Of a DNA stretch of 64,000 bases, positions 14,555 through 27,807 are shown one piece after another. Source of the stretch: Tubiluchus corallicola (lineage: Eukaryota; Animalia; Priapulida); the NCBI GenBank assembly GCA_030141605.1, contig JAQGDQ010000510.1, positions 1 through 64,000 on the forward strand, in the 5' to 3' direction. Below the pieces are notes generated by a model. It saw nothing but the letters and a program-made list of their open reading frames with translations. It did no database searches and was not told the DNA's origin. Every line of letters begins with the position of its first letter. Positions within the stretch are counted from its first letter, which is position 1. The position numbers and the translations under genes were made by a program.

Positions 14555-14790
14555 TTAGTGCGGTTGTGTAGAAATTAAGTAAAAAGTGCGGTTGTTGTGA
14601 TAATTAGTGAAAAAGTGTGATTGTGCAGTAATAAGTAAATAAGTGCGACAGTTGTTGTGATACTTAGCAAAAAACTGCGGTTGTGCAGAAAATAAGTAAT
14701 TAAGTGCAGTTGTGCAGAAAATAAGTAATTAAGTGCGGCTGTGCAGAATGTAAGTAATTAAGTGCAGTTGCACAGAATGTAAGTAACATG
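14555..14790 (+). repeat. 29-bp minisatellite (TAAGTGCGGTTGTGCAGAAAATAAGTAAT)
   Basis: taagtgc at 14701 and 14730; an inverted array of the same family lies at 22455-22620. Confidence 0.9.
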
Positions 14791-14799
14791 TCCTGTCAC

Positions 14800-15712
14800 T
14801 AAAATGACCTGTCATGGCAGTGCTTTGTATCTCAAAGCTGACGCAACTCAGTAATCGAGTAATGCAATACTTCACATTCCGGACTATATCTGGAACAATC
14901 AGTCGACTTTTACGGCAGTTAGTAAACTAAAATTTGGCACAAAAATAATCTGTCATGGTAGTACTTCATATCTCAAAGCTGACGGAAATCAGTGCTTGAA
15001 TATCCCAATGCTTCACATTCCGGTCTACATCTGAAACAATCAGTCGACTTTTACGGCAGTTAGTAAACTAAAATTTGGCACAAAAATGCCCTGTCTTTGT
15101 AGTACTTTGTATCTCAAAGCTGATGCAAATCAGTAATCGAGTTATGCAATGCTTCGCATTCTTGACTGTATCAGTAACAATCAGTCGACTTTTACAGCAG
15201 CTACAAAACTAAAATTTGGCACAAAAATGCCCTGTCATTGTAGTACTTCATATCTCAAAGCTGACGCAAATCCGTGCACAAATAATTCAATGCTTCGCAT
15301 TGCGGACTAGAGTTGTTACAATCAGTCAATAATTTGGCGCAAAAATGACCAGTCATGGTAGTACTTTATATCTCAAAGCTGACGCAAATCAGTAATCGAG
15401 TTATGCAGTGCTTCGCATTCTGGACTGTATCAGTAACTATCAGTCGACTTTTACAGCAGCTACAAAACTAAAATTTGGCACAAAAATGCCCTGTCATTGT
15501 AGTACTTCATATCTCAAAGCTGACGCAAATCCGTGCACAAATAATTCAATGCTTCGCATTACGGACTAGAGTTGTTACAATCAGTCAATAATTTGGCGCA
15601 AAAATGACCTGTCATTGTATAGTACTTTGTATCTCAAAGCTGTCGCAAATCAGTGCTTGAATATCCTAATTCCGGACTATATCTATAACGACCAGTCGAA
15701 TTTTACAGTAGC
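14800..15712 (+). repeat. ~142/118-bp tandem repeat, about 7 units with a ~259-bp dimer pattern
   Basis: aaaatg.cctgtc...atctcaaagctgacgcaaatc recurs at ~14801, 14942, 15083, 15224, 15341, 15482 and 15601; another unit at ~29120-29295. Confidence 0.93.
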
Positions 15713-15714
15713 TC

Positions 15715-16536
15715 ATCCCAGAAGCACTGCAATCGTAGATAAGTTTACACACATCCCAGAAGCACTGCAATCATAGATAGGTTTACACACATGCCAGAAG
15801 CACTGCAATCGTAGACAAATTTACACACATGCCAGAAGCACTGCAATCGTAGATAGGTTTACACACATCCCAGAAGCACTGCAATCGTAGATAAGTTTAC
15901 ACACATGCCAGAAGCACTGCAATCGTAGATAAGTTTATACACATGCCAGAAGCACTGCAATCCTAGATAGGTTTACACACATGCCAGAAGCACTGCAATC
16001 GTAGATAGGTTTACACACATCCCAGAAGCACCGCAATCGTAGATCGGTTTACACACATCCCAGAAGCACCGCAATCGTAGATCGATTTACACACATCCCA
16101 GAAGCACTGCAATCATAGATAGGTTTACACACATGCCAGAAGCACTGCAATCGTAGATAAGTTTATACACATCCCAGAAGCACTGCAATCCTAGATAGGT
16201 TTACACACATCCCAGAAGCACTGCAATCGTAGATAGGTTTACACACATCAAAGAAGCACCGCAATCGTAGATCGGTTTACACACATGCCAGAAGCACTGC
16301 AATCGTAGATCGGTTTACACACATGCCAGAAGCACTGCAATCATAGATAGGTTTACACACATCCAAGAAGCACTGCAATCATAAATAGGTTTACACACAT
16401 CCCAGAAGCTCTGCAATCATAGATTGGTTTACACACATCCCAGAAGCACTGCAATCGTAGACAAATTTACACACATCCCAGAAGCACTGCAATCGTAGAT
16501 AAATTTACACACATACAAGAAGCACTGCAATCGTAC
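15715..16536 (+). repeat. 38-bp minisatellite (CCAGAAGCACTGCAATCGTAGATAGGTTTACACACATS), ~21 copies
   Basis: Head-to-tail units with no spacers. Confidence 0.98.
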
Positions 16537-16642
16537 TTTAAGCAAAACAGTTTTCTACTACAATTGTTGTATGCAAAACTGGTCTGTTTGTCACACCACT
16601 AAAATAAAATATAAAATATAATAATATAATATTACTATAATA

Positions 16643-18501
16643 CTAGCCAAACCCCACAAAAAGAATTTTGTGCACAAATCAACACAAAACCCACACCACA
16701 CCACTCCACCTCATCACACCACACCATACCACTCCACCACATCACACCGCACAGCACCACACCATAATACCACACCACCACACCACCCACCCACCTACAC
16801 ACCACACCACCCACACCATACCACTCCACCACACCACACCGCACCACACCATACCACCTACACACCACACCACCCACACCATACCACTCCACCACATCAC
16901 ACCACACTGCACCACACCATACCACTGCACCACCCACACACCACACCACACCACCCACACCATAATACTCCACCACATCACACCGCACAGCACCACACCA
17001 TAACACCACACTGCACCACACCACCCACCCACCTACACACCACACTGCACCACACCACCCATCCACCTACACACCACACTGCCCCACACCATACCACCCA
17101 CACCATACGACTCCACCACATCACACCGCACAGCACCACACCATAACACCACACTGCACCACACCACCCACCCACCTACACACCACACCACCCACACCAT
17201 ACCACTCCACCACATCACACCACACCGCACCACAACATACCACTGCAGCACACCGCACGACCCACATACCACACCACACCAACCACACCATACGACTCCA
17301 CCACATCACACCACTGCACCACACCACACCGCACCACCCACACACCACACCACCCACACCATAATACTCCACCACATCACACTGCACTGCACCACACCAT
17401 AACACCACACCGCACCACAACACCCACCCACCCACACACCACGCCACCCACTCCATACCACACTACCCACACCACACCCCACACACCCTATCACCCCACC
17501 ACACCATCCATAGCACAACACACAAAGCACACCACCACCACACCACATCAAATCCACCACCTCACGTGGTGATCAAGATGTTGATGATGATGATGATGAT
17601 GTGGCAACGATGACAACACCTATAGCACAAGCACCAACAGCACAGCATTACAACAAAACCATTCCAAACATTTTTCACAAATTTGAAACTATGTGCTATA
17701 ATATAATAAATAGCAAAGGCCCCGCAAAAGATTTTGCGTATAAATACACGTGTAATCAATAATACGCGAACATCCTACCTAGTCCACATTTATAACACAA
17801 AGCCCGTAACATCGTGTCTACTGTTTGTTTAACTATGCCTGTAGCTTTTTGCTGAATTAAAGTTATAAGATTATAGACAGAATACAATGGATGACGTCAT
17901 AACAATGGTTTTGCGTCAGCAGTTTTCTAAGCGAAAATTGCCGAAAATAGAACTCCTAACTAACTCGTTGATACTCCTCTCGGTGGACCTGTCCTAAAAT
18001 ATAACCCACATCATCGTGTAGCCCTGTCCTTCCTCTTTGTAAAGAGCTATATATCTCCTTCCGAGAGTCCCACCGGGCGCCGCTAAAACGTTTTTTCCGC
18101 AGGCTGTTTGGTCAAAATTTCGAAAAAAATCGCGAGTTGTGTCCGGGAAAACGCCCGTTGCGGGGCACCGTGGTCCTCTCGGGAATTCTAAATATGCCTA
18201 CTACACCCACCGCTGAACGGGCTATCTATCCATGCCCAGCACCACCCTCGGCCCGTTCCCGTTCTCTACATCTCAGCCGTATAACTTTTGCAAAAAACGG
18301 CCGAAAAATGGCCATTTTTGGAGGTTTTTCGCCTCCCGTTCCTCCCGGTGGGCCCCATTCGAAAAATAAACCATCAATGGCACGACACTAGATCGAGACC
18401 TTTCGTTTGATGTATAGATCGCCGCAAATGGTGCCCTCGTCCGGGCTGTAGCCTCGAATCTTATATATATATATATATACCAAGAATATTAATATATAAG
18501 A
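16643..18501 (-). mobile_element. Non-autonomous composite Helitron
   Basis: Minus strand starts 5'-TC (18501) and ends with a CACAAAA/TTTTGTG hairpin followed by CTAG (16643). Inserted between A and T with no TSD. The empty site actataatatatacaccg is present in the paralogous segment at ~27899-27916. Confidence 0.9.
16690..17560. repeat. (CACCA)n-like low-complexity tract inside the Helitron
   Basis: Direct inspection; source of the His/Thr/Pro and Val/Trp/Cys ORFs. Confidence 0.95.
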
Positions 18502-19170
18502 TATGCACCGTTTTTTCAGGGATTTTATAACTTTTTTATATTTTTAACGTCAATGCTTTTCAAACAAGTGAAATGTTTTTTAAAGTCACTTATATGGTCC
18601 ATATGGTATAAGAGGTACGTTTTATGGAATTTAACCATGTTACCGGTTTTTAAACTTTGTTTATTTACAAACAGATACTGCTGAATGTTTTACACGACCG
18701 CTAGTTACTGATGACGTCATTATTTCAAGGTGGGCGCTAGATTTTTGCATTTAGTAGCCATCTTGAAATAATAAGAACATCAATTTTTACAAACGTGTTT
18801 CCTAATTACTTACAATACATGTGTGATTTATAAAATGCTATAAACAATATAAACAAGTTGTCGACAATTTTAAATGTTGGCAGCCATCTTGAAATTATGA
18901 TGTAATATCTTCAGAAACTAGAGCTTTCTGATTCCCGAGGTATATATTTATATCTACCAGAAATACATTTTTGCCTTAAATGCCCACGGTTCATATAAAT
19001 TGATGATTAATGTGTCGATTTTGGCCGCCATCTTGGAAAAATAGTGAAACCTAATAATTGCTGGAATAGCTATCAGTACACTTCCCAATTAATCTGTATA
19101 CCACTTTTTGGAAATTTCGCTTTTTTAAAAAAAATTAAAAATGTATACAAAAATGCTGTTTCTTTAAACC
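18502..19170 (+). repeat. Segmental duplication B, copy 1, distal part (pairs with ~27908-28965)
   Basis: High identity from caccgttttttcagg to aaaatgtatacaaaaa. Copy 2 has ~410 extra bases (~28005-28420). Recurrent gccatcttg motifs. Confidence 0.92.
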
Positions 19171-19289
19171 GATTTTTGGTCACGAGGGGCAGGTCAAGCC
19201 TGGGCAACCACTAAGAACAATTCTGAATAAGTGTGCCTGCCAAAGATTAAAAAACCCAATATCATTATTAAAACATGATGTAATCTAAT

Positions 19290-20110
19290 ACGCATTTCTT
19301 TTCTGAATTACAGAAACGCTCTTTGTTTGATACGAAAAGCTGTTCAAGGCTGGCCATTACCCACTAAGAGATATAATCCTGGGAAAATTCCTCACATCAT
19401 CTTTAAATGAGGGATTATAATTATTGTTGATTTCAGACATTATTATGCTGTTGAAGTGAATTATTGAAAATTATAGCTGCTATTGTGCGTTGCGAGGCAC
19501 CTGAAATTGTCTGTGATAAAGGATTTCATAAAGCTTACAGTAAAAGACATTCTTTGTAGTTTATCATGTCTGGTTTGATGGATTTCATAAAATTATATAA
19601 TTGAAATAACTATGCTGCTTTGTGTGCAGTTCACAGAGCGTGTCTCAAGTGGTCTGGGTGGAGGATTTTACAGAAATCATAATTACAGCTATTAGCCTGT
19701 CTTTCTGCGCATGAAGCGTCTCAAGTGGACCGAAGCTCAGGAATTCATAAAAGCATGATTAATATTATAAGTTACGTTTCACAGACTTACAAATACCTAC
19801 AAAAACCCCCTCTACAAAAACTGCTAGCAATCAATGGAGGTCTCTGCTGCAACAATTTTGTTTTTAATCTCATTCTGTAAAATAACTTCCGATGCGCTTA
19901 AACCCAACACACGAAGAGCAGCTATAATTTGCAATAATTCATTTCGACATCATAACAGTGATTAACAGCAAAATGAAAACTATAATTCTTTACTTTAAAT
20001 TGATGTGAGGAATTTTTTCCTGGATTATGCCCATGTTGGGATGAGGACTGAGCAATGACCAACCTTGAAGAGCTTTCAAAAGACATAAAGACCCTTCAAT
20101 TATCCAGAAT
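19290..20110. mobile_element. Fold-back element, third more diverged copy
   Basis: 19290-19770 aligns to ~4930-5450; 19900-20110 carries the reverse-complement arm (gaggaattttttcctgg...aatgaccaaccttgaagagc). Confidence 0.55.
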
Positions 20111-22454
20111 TGTACCTATTCGACTTCTTCAGATGACTAAACTTCTTAAGCTATTATAGGATTAAACATTCCTGTTAAACCGAAAATCTTAAAAGCCACT
20201 TAGAGATAATTATTTAATTGAGGTTTATGAAAGAACAGATTCGTTGTGATACAAAATCACCTGCTTTGTGCGGGATCGATTAAATGCATTAAAAGGATTT
20301 GCGCAGTAATTGAAAATAATGACAGCATTTACACCTAGTGAGTAGAAGTTGAACGATTATGGTGTGGGAACACAAGAAGTCTTGTTTATGTAACTGAACT
20401 GTAAAAATTCACTTTGAAAATTATCTAACCGATGCTTTTAAAAATTTTTTTATTTCCCCTACTGTGGTGGAGAGTTTTTAACAACATCCATCACTGTTTA
20501 GTATGGCGCTACCATGCAGGGAGATCGCAATGCTCTTGATCACGTTGCTAAGTCCGCCTCAAAGTTATCGGAATTGAACAGCAATCTAGGGCATATTTGT
20601 ATGAATAGGGGTGCAAGTTATCATGAAAGATGCATTTCATCCAGGTAATAAATACTCCCCTGGATGAAATGCTCACCTGGTCGTAGATTTCGCTCAATTA
20701 GCGCTAAAACCACAAGATCTTTATTTTCATTCTATCCCTGATATAGCAGCACGTAAAACCACATAAATTTCATTGTATGCATTACGCAATAGTGACAGTA
20801 ACTTACTTACTTTTACAAAAGATTTGCCTTGATGATCATTACATGTTCATTATATTATGTTTCTGAAGTAACACAATGGAAAAGTCTATTGATCAAGGAT
20901 GTATGCTCGTCCACATGAGCCTAAGTTAGCTAAAGGTCTGCTACATCCATCTGCATTTTGAAAGAAGTTTTTTTTTGACTAGGGGATTGCTGCTTGTAGA
21001 GTTCCTAAAGTGGAAAGTTCAAGGTAACTTTCTTTTGCTAGGATCCACTATACAGAAACAATGAGTAATAGTACAAAACAATTTATTATGTTCATCAAAC
21101 AATTATGAGTTTATCATGCCAGTTAAGTGGCGACAGTTTGAAGATATACAACACATACTTCATGGACAATGCTGAACAACAAATTTGTATTGTGTTATTA
21201 TGCAAAGCACAAAGTCCCATACAAAATCAAAAAAGATTGCCATTACAAGCTTTCACATTTACAAATACTTACAAATGCTTCACTCAATCTCACAATGTGA
21301 AATAAACTAATCGTTGAAGCAACAGTGTAACTCTGTGTTTTTTGCAGGCTTCTTAACATCAATTAATCGTTAATCATAACCATCAGTTTTCTTTTTTTAG
21401 ATTAGTGACACTGCACAATGATTATTTGTTCTCAAGATGAACGAACGTCGATTTCAGTCCGTTTCAAACAGTTTTGGACTTTTTCTCATTCTCTTGGCAT
21501 ATCTATATAATTATGTCGTATTTTCTTTCATCGTGTATTAAGTTCCAAGGACCAGAGTTCTCAGCTATAGCTTCTAACAATTTTCTTAGAGCTGCTTCTA
21601 CATGAAATGTTTTGCTGACAATTACAGCTTCCTTTGTGGCAAATTACAAACATATCAGCTGATGCACCTCTTTAATTGACTTCAATGTGCTGTATACATG
21701 CTCAACATTGTCAGCAACCTCACCAAGTCTGTGATATTTGACAGGCAGCTGATTTTTTACAACATTGCACATGATTCACAGAGCTGTTGTCGTAATTGTT
21801 ACTTCCTAGACGTTTCCAACGTTGCAGTGAGAGACAGAAGGCAGAACATATGAAATGTTTTAAGTTTTAAAGTGACTTTTGGCCACATGAAGTTTTTGAA
21901 TCTCCACGGAAGATAATAACCTGTAAATAAACAAATTGGCAATTTAAAAAATAAAATCTTTTTCAACATTTAAAACATTCAAGACCAAGGCCAGCATCTG
22001 TTCTCTTGCAACACCAAGTACTCCTGACAGTCTTCAATTTTAATCTTTACGTTCAGAATCCGGACACAATTTTCGTCATTTGTTTCTCAGTGGCAAATTC
22101 TGCATTTGACTCTCTAAGAGGGAAAAACATGAGCAAAATATTTTTGGAAATCTGACAAGAACAAGTGAGGCACTTCTTTGAAAAATAACTAAAACACAAA
22201 AGCGTGTCGGACTATAACAAATAGCTGTGTGTAAATTCAAGTTAACAGACATTATCTGTCACAATGATGCTGCATCTATTTTTTGTTAGTCAGATGGTTT
22301 CTACCAAAACTAGGAAGCAAAAACACGGATTTTGGCATTATTAATTTTATCAGAATTAAACGTTGTTGTGGCGCCACCTGCCCGAGATTATTATAATTAA
22401 ATTAAACTAAGCAAGCAGGTTAAGTAATTAACCGCACATATTTTTGATGAAATC

Positions 22455-22620
22455 ACATTATTTACTTATTTTCCGCACAATCGCACTTTTTTGTTGACAA
22501 TCACAACAACTGCCGCACTTATTTACTTACTTTCTGCACATCCACACTTAATTACTTACATTCTGCGCAACCGCACTTAACTACTTACATTCTGCGCAAA
22601 CGCACTTTTTTACTAACTAT
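22455..22620 (-). repeat. 29-bp minisatellite, inverted relative to 14555-14790
   Basis: cgcacttaattacttacattctgc units. Confidence 0.88.
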
Positions 22621-22654
22621 CACGTTTTACTGTCATATCTGCTGTACTGCCTAA

Positions 22655-23165
22655 CCAGCCATACTGTTAAACCTATCAAACCCGCCATACTGTCAAACCT
22701 GCCAAACCCGCCATACTGTCAAAGCTACAAATCTCGCCATACTGTCAAACCTGCCAAATCCGCCATACTGTCGAACCTGCAAACTCGCCATACTGTCAAA
22801 CCTGCCAAATCCGCCATACTGTCAAACCTGCCAAATCCGCCATACTGTCAAAGCTACAAATCTCGCCATACTGTCAAACCTGCAAACCCGCCATACTGTC
22901 AAACCTGCCAAATCCGCCATACTGTCGAACCTGCAAACCTGCCATACTGTTAAACCTGCCATACTGTAAAACCTGCAAAACCCACCATACTGTCATACCT
23001 GCCATACCCACCATACTGTCATACCTGCCATACCCACCATACTGAAAAACCTGCCAACCCGCCATATTGTCAAACCTCCCAACCCACCATACTGTTAAAC
23101 CTGTCAAACCCGTCATACTCTCAAACCTGCAAAACCCGTCATACTGTCAAACCTGCAAAACCTGC
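22655..23165 (+). repeat. 26-27-bp minisatellite (CCCGCCATACTGTCAAACCTGCCAAA)
   Basis: Units at 22681, 22707 and onward; the family resumes at ~25655-25772. Confidence 0.96.
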
Positions 23166-25772
23166 ACATGTATTCAAACAACATAATCATTACATGACAG
23201 ATCACAGCACTACAAGACCCATTTATATAAAATTAAGTAACTGATTTAAAATGATTGCACATAAGATTAACACTTACCATAAAACATAGGCAGGACAGTT
23301 ATATAGATAGAATTAGCTTGCTGATGCCTGACATAAATTTATAAAGCAAATTCATACTCCATGCAATATCCCAGGCGAATCACGTCTATGACGTCACGAA
23401 GTGGCGCGTATTTAAAAATCAAGATGGCGAAACGTGATCAGTTTTCTGTGAGAAATTTGAAAGTTAAGTTTTTGTTTTCAGCCTAATGAAGCTTTAAATT
23501 CAATGAAAAGCCAGGCGATTTTTCACTTTTACTGAGAGAACGTTAATTTAAAACTTGTTTTATGAAATGCCACCATTCCATTCTTAAATCAAATTGCAGC
23601 CACAATCCATTTATTAGACAAAATAGAAGACTAAAGCGTGATCACTTCTGTGGTTAAGTGTAAAGAATAATTTGTTTCGTACAGAAAACAAAATTTTTTA
23701 CTTTTTCTAACAAAATCACACATTTTGCACTTAAAATCAATATTACACTTCACTAAAACTCTTCTGTTTTTTCCTGGAGCGCTGCTCACGCTTATAGCAA
23801 GACTGAAAAGCAAATGATTTGCTTGAGTTGTCTCGTCTTCACGCATGTGAAAGTTACGCCTATAAACTGACGTGTTGGAGTTGATCACCATGACAGCTTT
23901 TTAACTCCGCCTCAAGTCCCTGCGCACTAGAAATATGGCGCCAATAATGTTTGTTTGAACATTTTTAATAGATGCAAAGTTCCTTTACTTTTTAAGCGCA
24001 ATCTATTTGCACAAGTCGACCATCTTACTACGAAATCTTTTCTTCCTTTCAAGAACCTAAATAAACTTCAACAAATTGTTGCTGCAGGATAATAAGACCT
24101 GCTTAATCTTTGTTACAGTTATGGTCAAAATAAAAGACCTGCATTGTGTGCTGAGCTTAGAGCATGTCAACTGAACTTGTGTCCTATGCCACAGAATTTG
24201 GTGAAATTTGAAAGATGTTGAACATCTTCAAACTTGCTCACACATCCCATTTATTAAGCAAACTGTAAAATACTTCACATGTGTTTAATAATTGCACATA
24301 ATTGTAAATACAACTGAATAATCACTGAAATTGTAATACAACCAGCAGGCATTACAAAAATTAGAATGGACTTGTATGTTGTGAAAAGTTGTTCAGGTTT
24401 GTTCATTACACTCACATTTATGCGACTCTGGTATGTTCTTATGAAAATAAATGGACTTGAATTGGATTATAATTGTCAATGATTCAAATCAGAGTTCCCT
24501 TGAAGAAGTTCCCTGAGCTCTTCAAAGTTGAACATTACAACCCAGTCATAAAGCGACCAAAATAATTCCAAGAAAATTGCGGATTATAATAATCAGCAAT
24601 TTTGATCAGAATTGTATTTTTAATTTTAAAAATGGAGACGCGGACCATTTTGTGGCATGTTGATAATAGAGCTACAGCTGATTTTCGTAAACAAACACGT
24701 TTGTCACTCAAATTTGCATTCTGGTAAAACGCATCTATGACGTCTAAACTAAGGCATGAAATGTGAAAACTGGACAGTAATTTGTTGTAAAAAATAAAAA
24801 CACTCTAAAACACTCTTTTTGTGACACCTCCCCGTTACTAGGGCTCTTCATTCGCAAAAATAGACCAAAAGTAGCAATAGTTTGCAGTTGAATTACTTTC
24901 CGTAGACGCCACTATTTTTTAAGCGGCTTTTAACGTTTGAAAGACCAAAGACCTGTCTGACAAAACATGCATCAAATTTTGCTATTTCTAATTTTGCTCT
25001 GCCTTTCTACGGGAAGGTGAAAAATATAGTAAGCAAAATTTAGGCAAAACGAACAATTATCAGGGCCTTTTTCTTTATTATGTAACATTAACTTCTCTAA
25101 TTAATATCGCTTCTTATCTCTTGCATGTGATCGTATAGCTCGTGCCCTAATTTTTAATGAGTGATTTGCTTCTTACAATAATTGCTATAAGGTTATTCAC
25201 AACCCGGCTACTAGAGCTTAAGATAAAATCTATAGAGCAATGACAATTTCTCACAAGATTGTTTCTACGACTCCGCGCTGTGAAAGAGTCTTAATATCTA
25301 AAGCTTTCTTGCAAAAGTTCCCGCAATTGAACTCGTAAATTACTTAATGTACACAGTAAATCTCCAGGTTCGATTACAGAATTCAATGATGCTTAACTGA
25401 AACGCCTATAACCATACCCAAACTATTCATTTAAGTTAAAGCGAAATCCGTCTATTGTATACAACAATTACTCTTAGTCTAATAAATTACAATATGATCT
25501 TAATCGTCAAAGACGCTCACAATTTATAATTAGCTCCAAGAGACACTAAACAGATTTACTTAACTATCCTCTCGGTTCGCACTTATGGTGCTAAATTACA
25601 ATGTGAAACATATAAGTACAATCAAATACACGGTACCCTTAAGGTGTCTGTATTACCTGCCATACCCACCATATTCAAAACCTGCCAAACCCGCCATACT
25701 GCCAAAAATGCCAAACCCGCCATACTGTCATACCTGGTCATACCCGCCATACTGAAAAACCTGCCAAACCCA

Positions 25773-27807
25773 CATCTCAGAAGCTCTGCAATTGTAGATA
25801 GGTTTACACATCCCAGAAGCACTGCAATCGTAGATTGGTTTACACACATGCCAGAAGCAGTGCAATCGTAGATAGGTTTACACACATGCCAGAAGCACTG
25901 CAATCGTAAATAGGTTTATGCACGTCCCAGAAGCACTGCAATCGTAGATTGGTTTACACACATCCCAGAAGCTCTGCAATTGTAGATAGGTTTACACACA
26001 TGCCAGAAGCACTGCAATCGTAGATAAGTTTACACACATCCCAGAAGCACTGCAATCGTAGATAGGTTTACACACATCCCAGAAGCACTGCAATCGTAGA
26101 TAGGTTTACACACATGCCAGAAGCAGTGCAATCGTAGATAGGTTTACACACATGCCAGAAGCACTGCAATCGTAGATAAGTTTACACACATGCCAGAAGC
26201 ACTGCAATCGTAGATAGGTTTACACACATGCCAGAAGCACTGCAATTGTAGATAGGTTTACACACATGCCAGAAGCACTGCAATTGTAGATAAGTTTATA
26301 CACATGCCAGAAGCACTGCAATCGTAGATAGGTTTACACACATGCCAGAAGCACTGCAATCGTAGATAAGTTTACACACATCCCAGAAGCACTGCAATCG
26401 TAGATAGGTTTACACACATGCCAGAAGCACTGCAATCGTAGATAGGTTTACACACATGCCAGAAGCACTGCAATCGTAGATAGGTTTACACACATGCCAG
26501 AAGCAGTGCAATCGTAAATAGGTTTACACACATCCCAGAAGCACTGCAATCGTAGATTGGTTTACACACATGCCAGAAGCAGTGCAATCGTAAATAGGTT
26601 TACACACATGCCAGAAGCACTGCAATCGTAAATAAATTTATGCACGTCCCAGAAGCACTGCAATCGTAGATAGGTTTACACACATGCCAGAAGCAGTGCA
26701 ATTGCAGATATGTTTACACACATGCCAGAAGCACTGCAATCGTAAATAGGTTTATGCACGTCCCAGAAGCACTGCAATCGTAGATAGGTTTACACACATG
26801 TCAGAAGTACTGCAGTCGTAGATAGGTTTACACACATGCCAGAAGCACTGCAATTGTAGATAAGTTTACACAAATGTCAGAAACATTGCAATCGTAGACA
26901 AGTTTACACACATCCCAGAAGCACTGCAATCATAGATAGGTTTACACACATGCCAGAAGCATTGCAATCGTAGATACTGTTTACTTACATGCCAGAAGCA
27001 CTGCAATCGTAGATAAGTTTACACATCCCAGAAGCACTGCAATCGTAGACAAGTTTACACACATCCCAGAAGCACTGAAATCATAGATAGGTTTACACAC
27101 ATGCCAGAAGCACTGCAATCGTAGATAAGTTTACACACATGCCAGAAGCACTGCAATCGTAAATAGGTTTATGCACGTCCTAGAAGCACTGCAATCGTAG
27201 ATAGGTTTACACAAATGCCAGAAGCACTGCAATCATAGATAGGTTTACACACATGCCAGAAGCATTGCAATCGTAGACTAGTTTACACACATCCCAGAAG
27301 CACTGCAATCATAGATAGGTTTACACACATGCCAGAAGCACCGCAATCCTAGATAGGTTTACACACAAGACAGAAGCACTGCAATCGTAGATAAGATTAC
27401 ACACATCCCAGAAGCACTGCAATCGTTGATAGGTTTACACACATTCCAGAAGCAGTGCAATTGCAGATATGTTTACACACATGCCAGAAGCACTGCAATC
27501 GTAGATAGGTTTACACACATGTCAGAAGTACTGCAGTCGTAGATAGGTTTACACACATGCCAGAAGCACTGCAATTGTAGATAAGTTTACACAAATGTCA
27601 GAAACATTGTAATCGTAGATAGGTTTACACACATGCCAGAAACATTGCAATCGTAGATAGGCTTTCACACAGGCCAGAAGCACTGCAATCGTAGATAGGT
27701 TTACACACAACCCAGAAGCACTGCAATCCTAGATAGGTTTACACACATGCTAGAAACATTGCAATCCTAGATAGGCTTACACACATGCCAGAAGCACTGC
27801 AATCGTA
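25773..27807 (+). repeat. 38-bp minisatellite, ~53 copies
   Basis: Period 38 (ccagaag at 26041 and 26079). Ends at the same junction (gcaatcgtactttaag) as the 15715-16536 array. Confidence 0.98.

Noticed and set aside
16635-17560. His/Thr/Pro-rich and Val/Trp/Cys-rich ORFs
   Set aside because: Translations of the CACCA tract inside a Helitron, open in many frames on both strands
15715-27807. 38-bp repeat arrays as CRISPR arrays
   Set aside because: Units are head-to-tail with no unique spacers, there are no cas genes, and the context is eukaryotic
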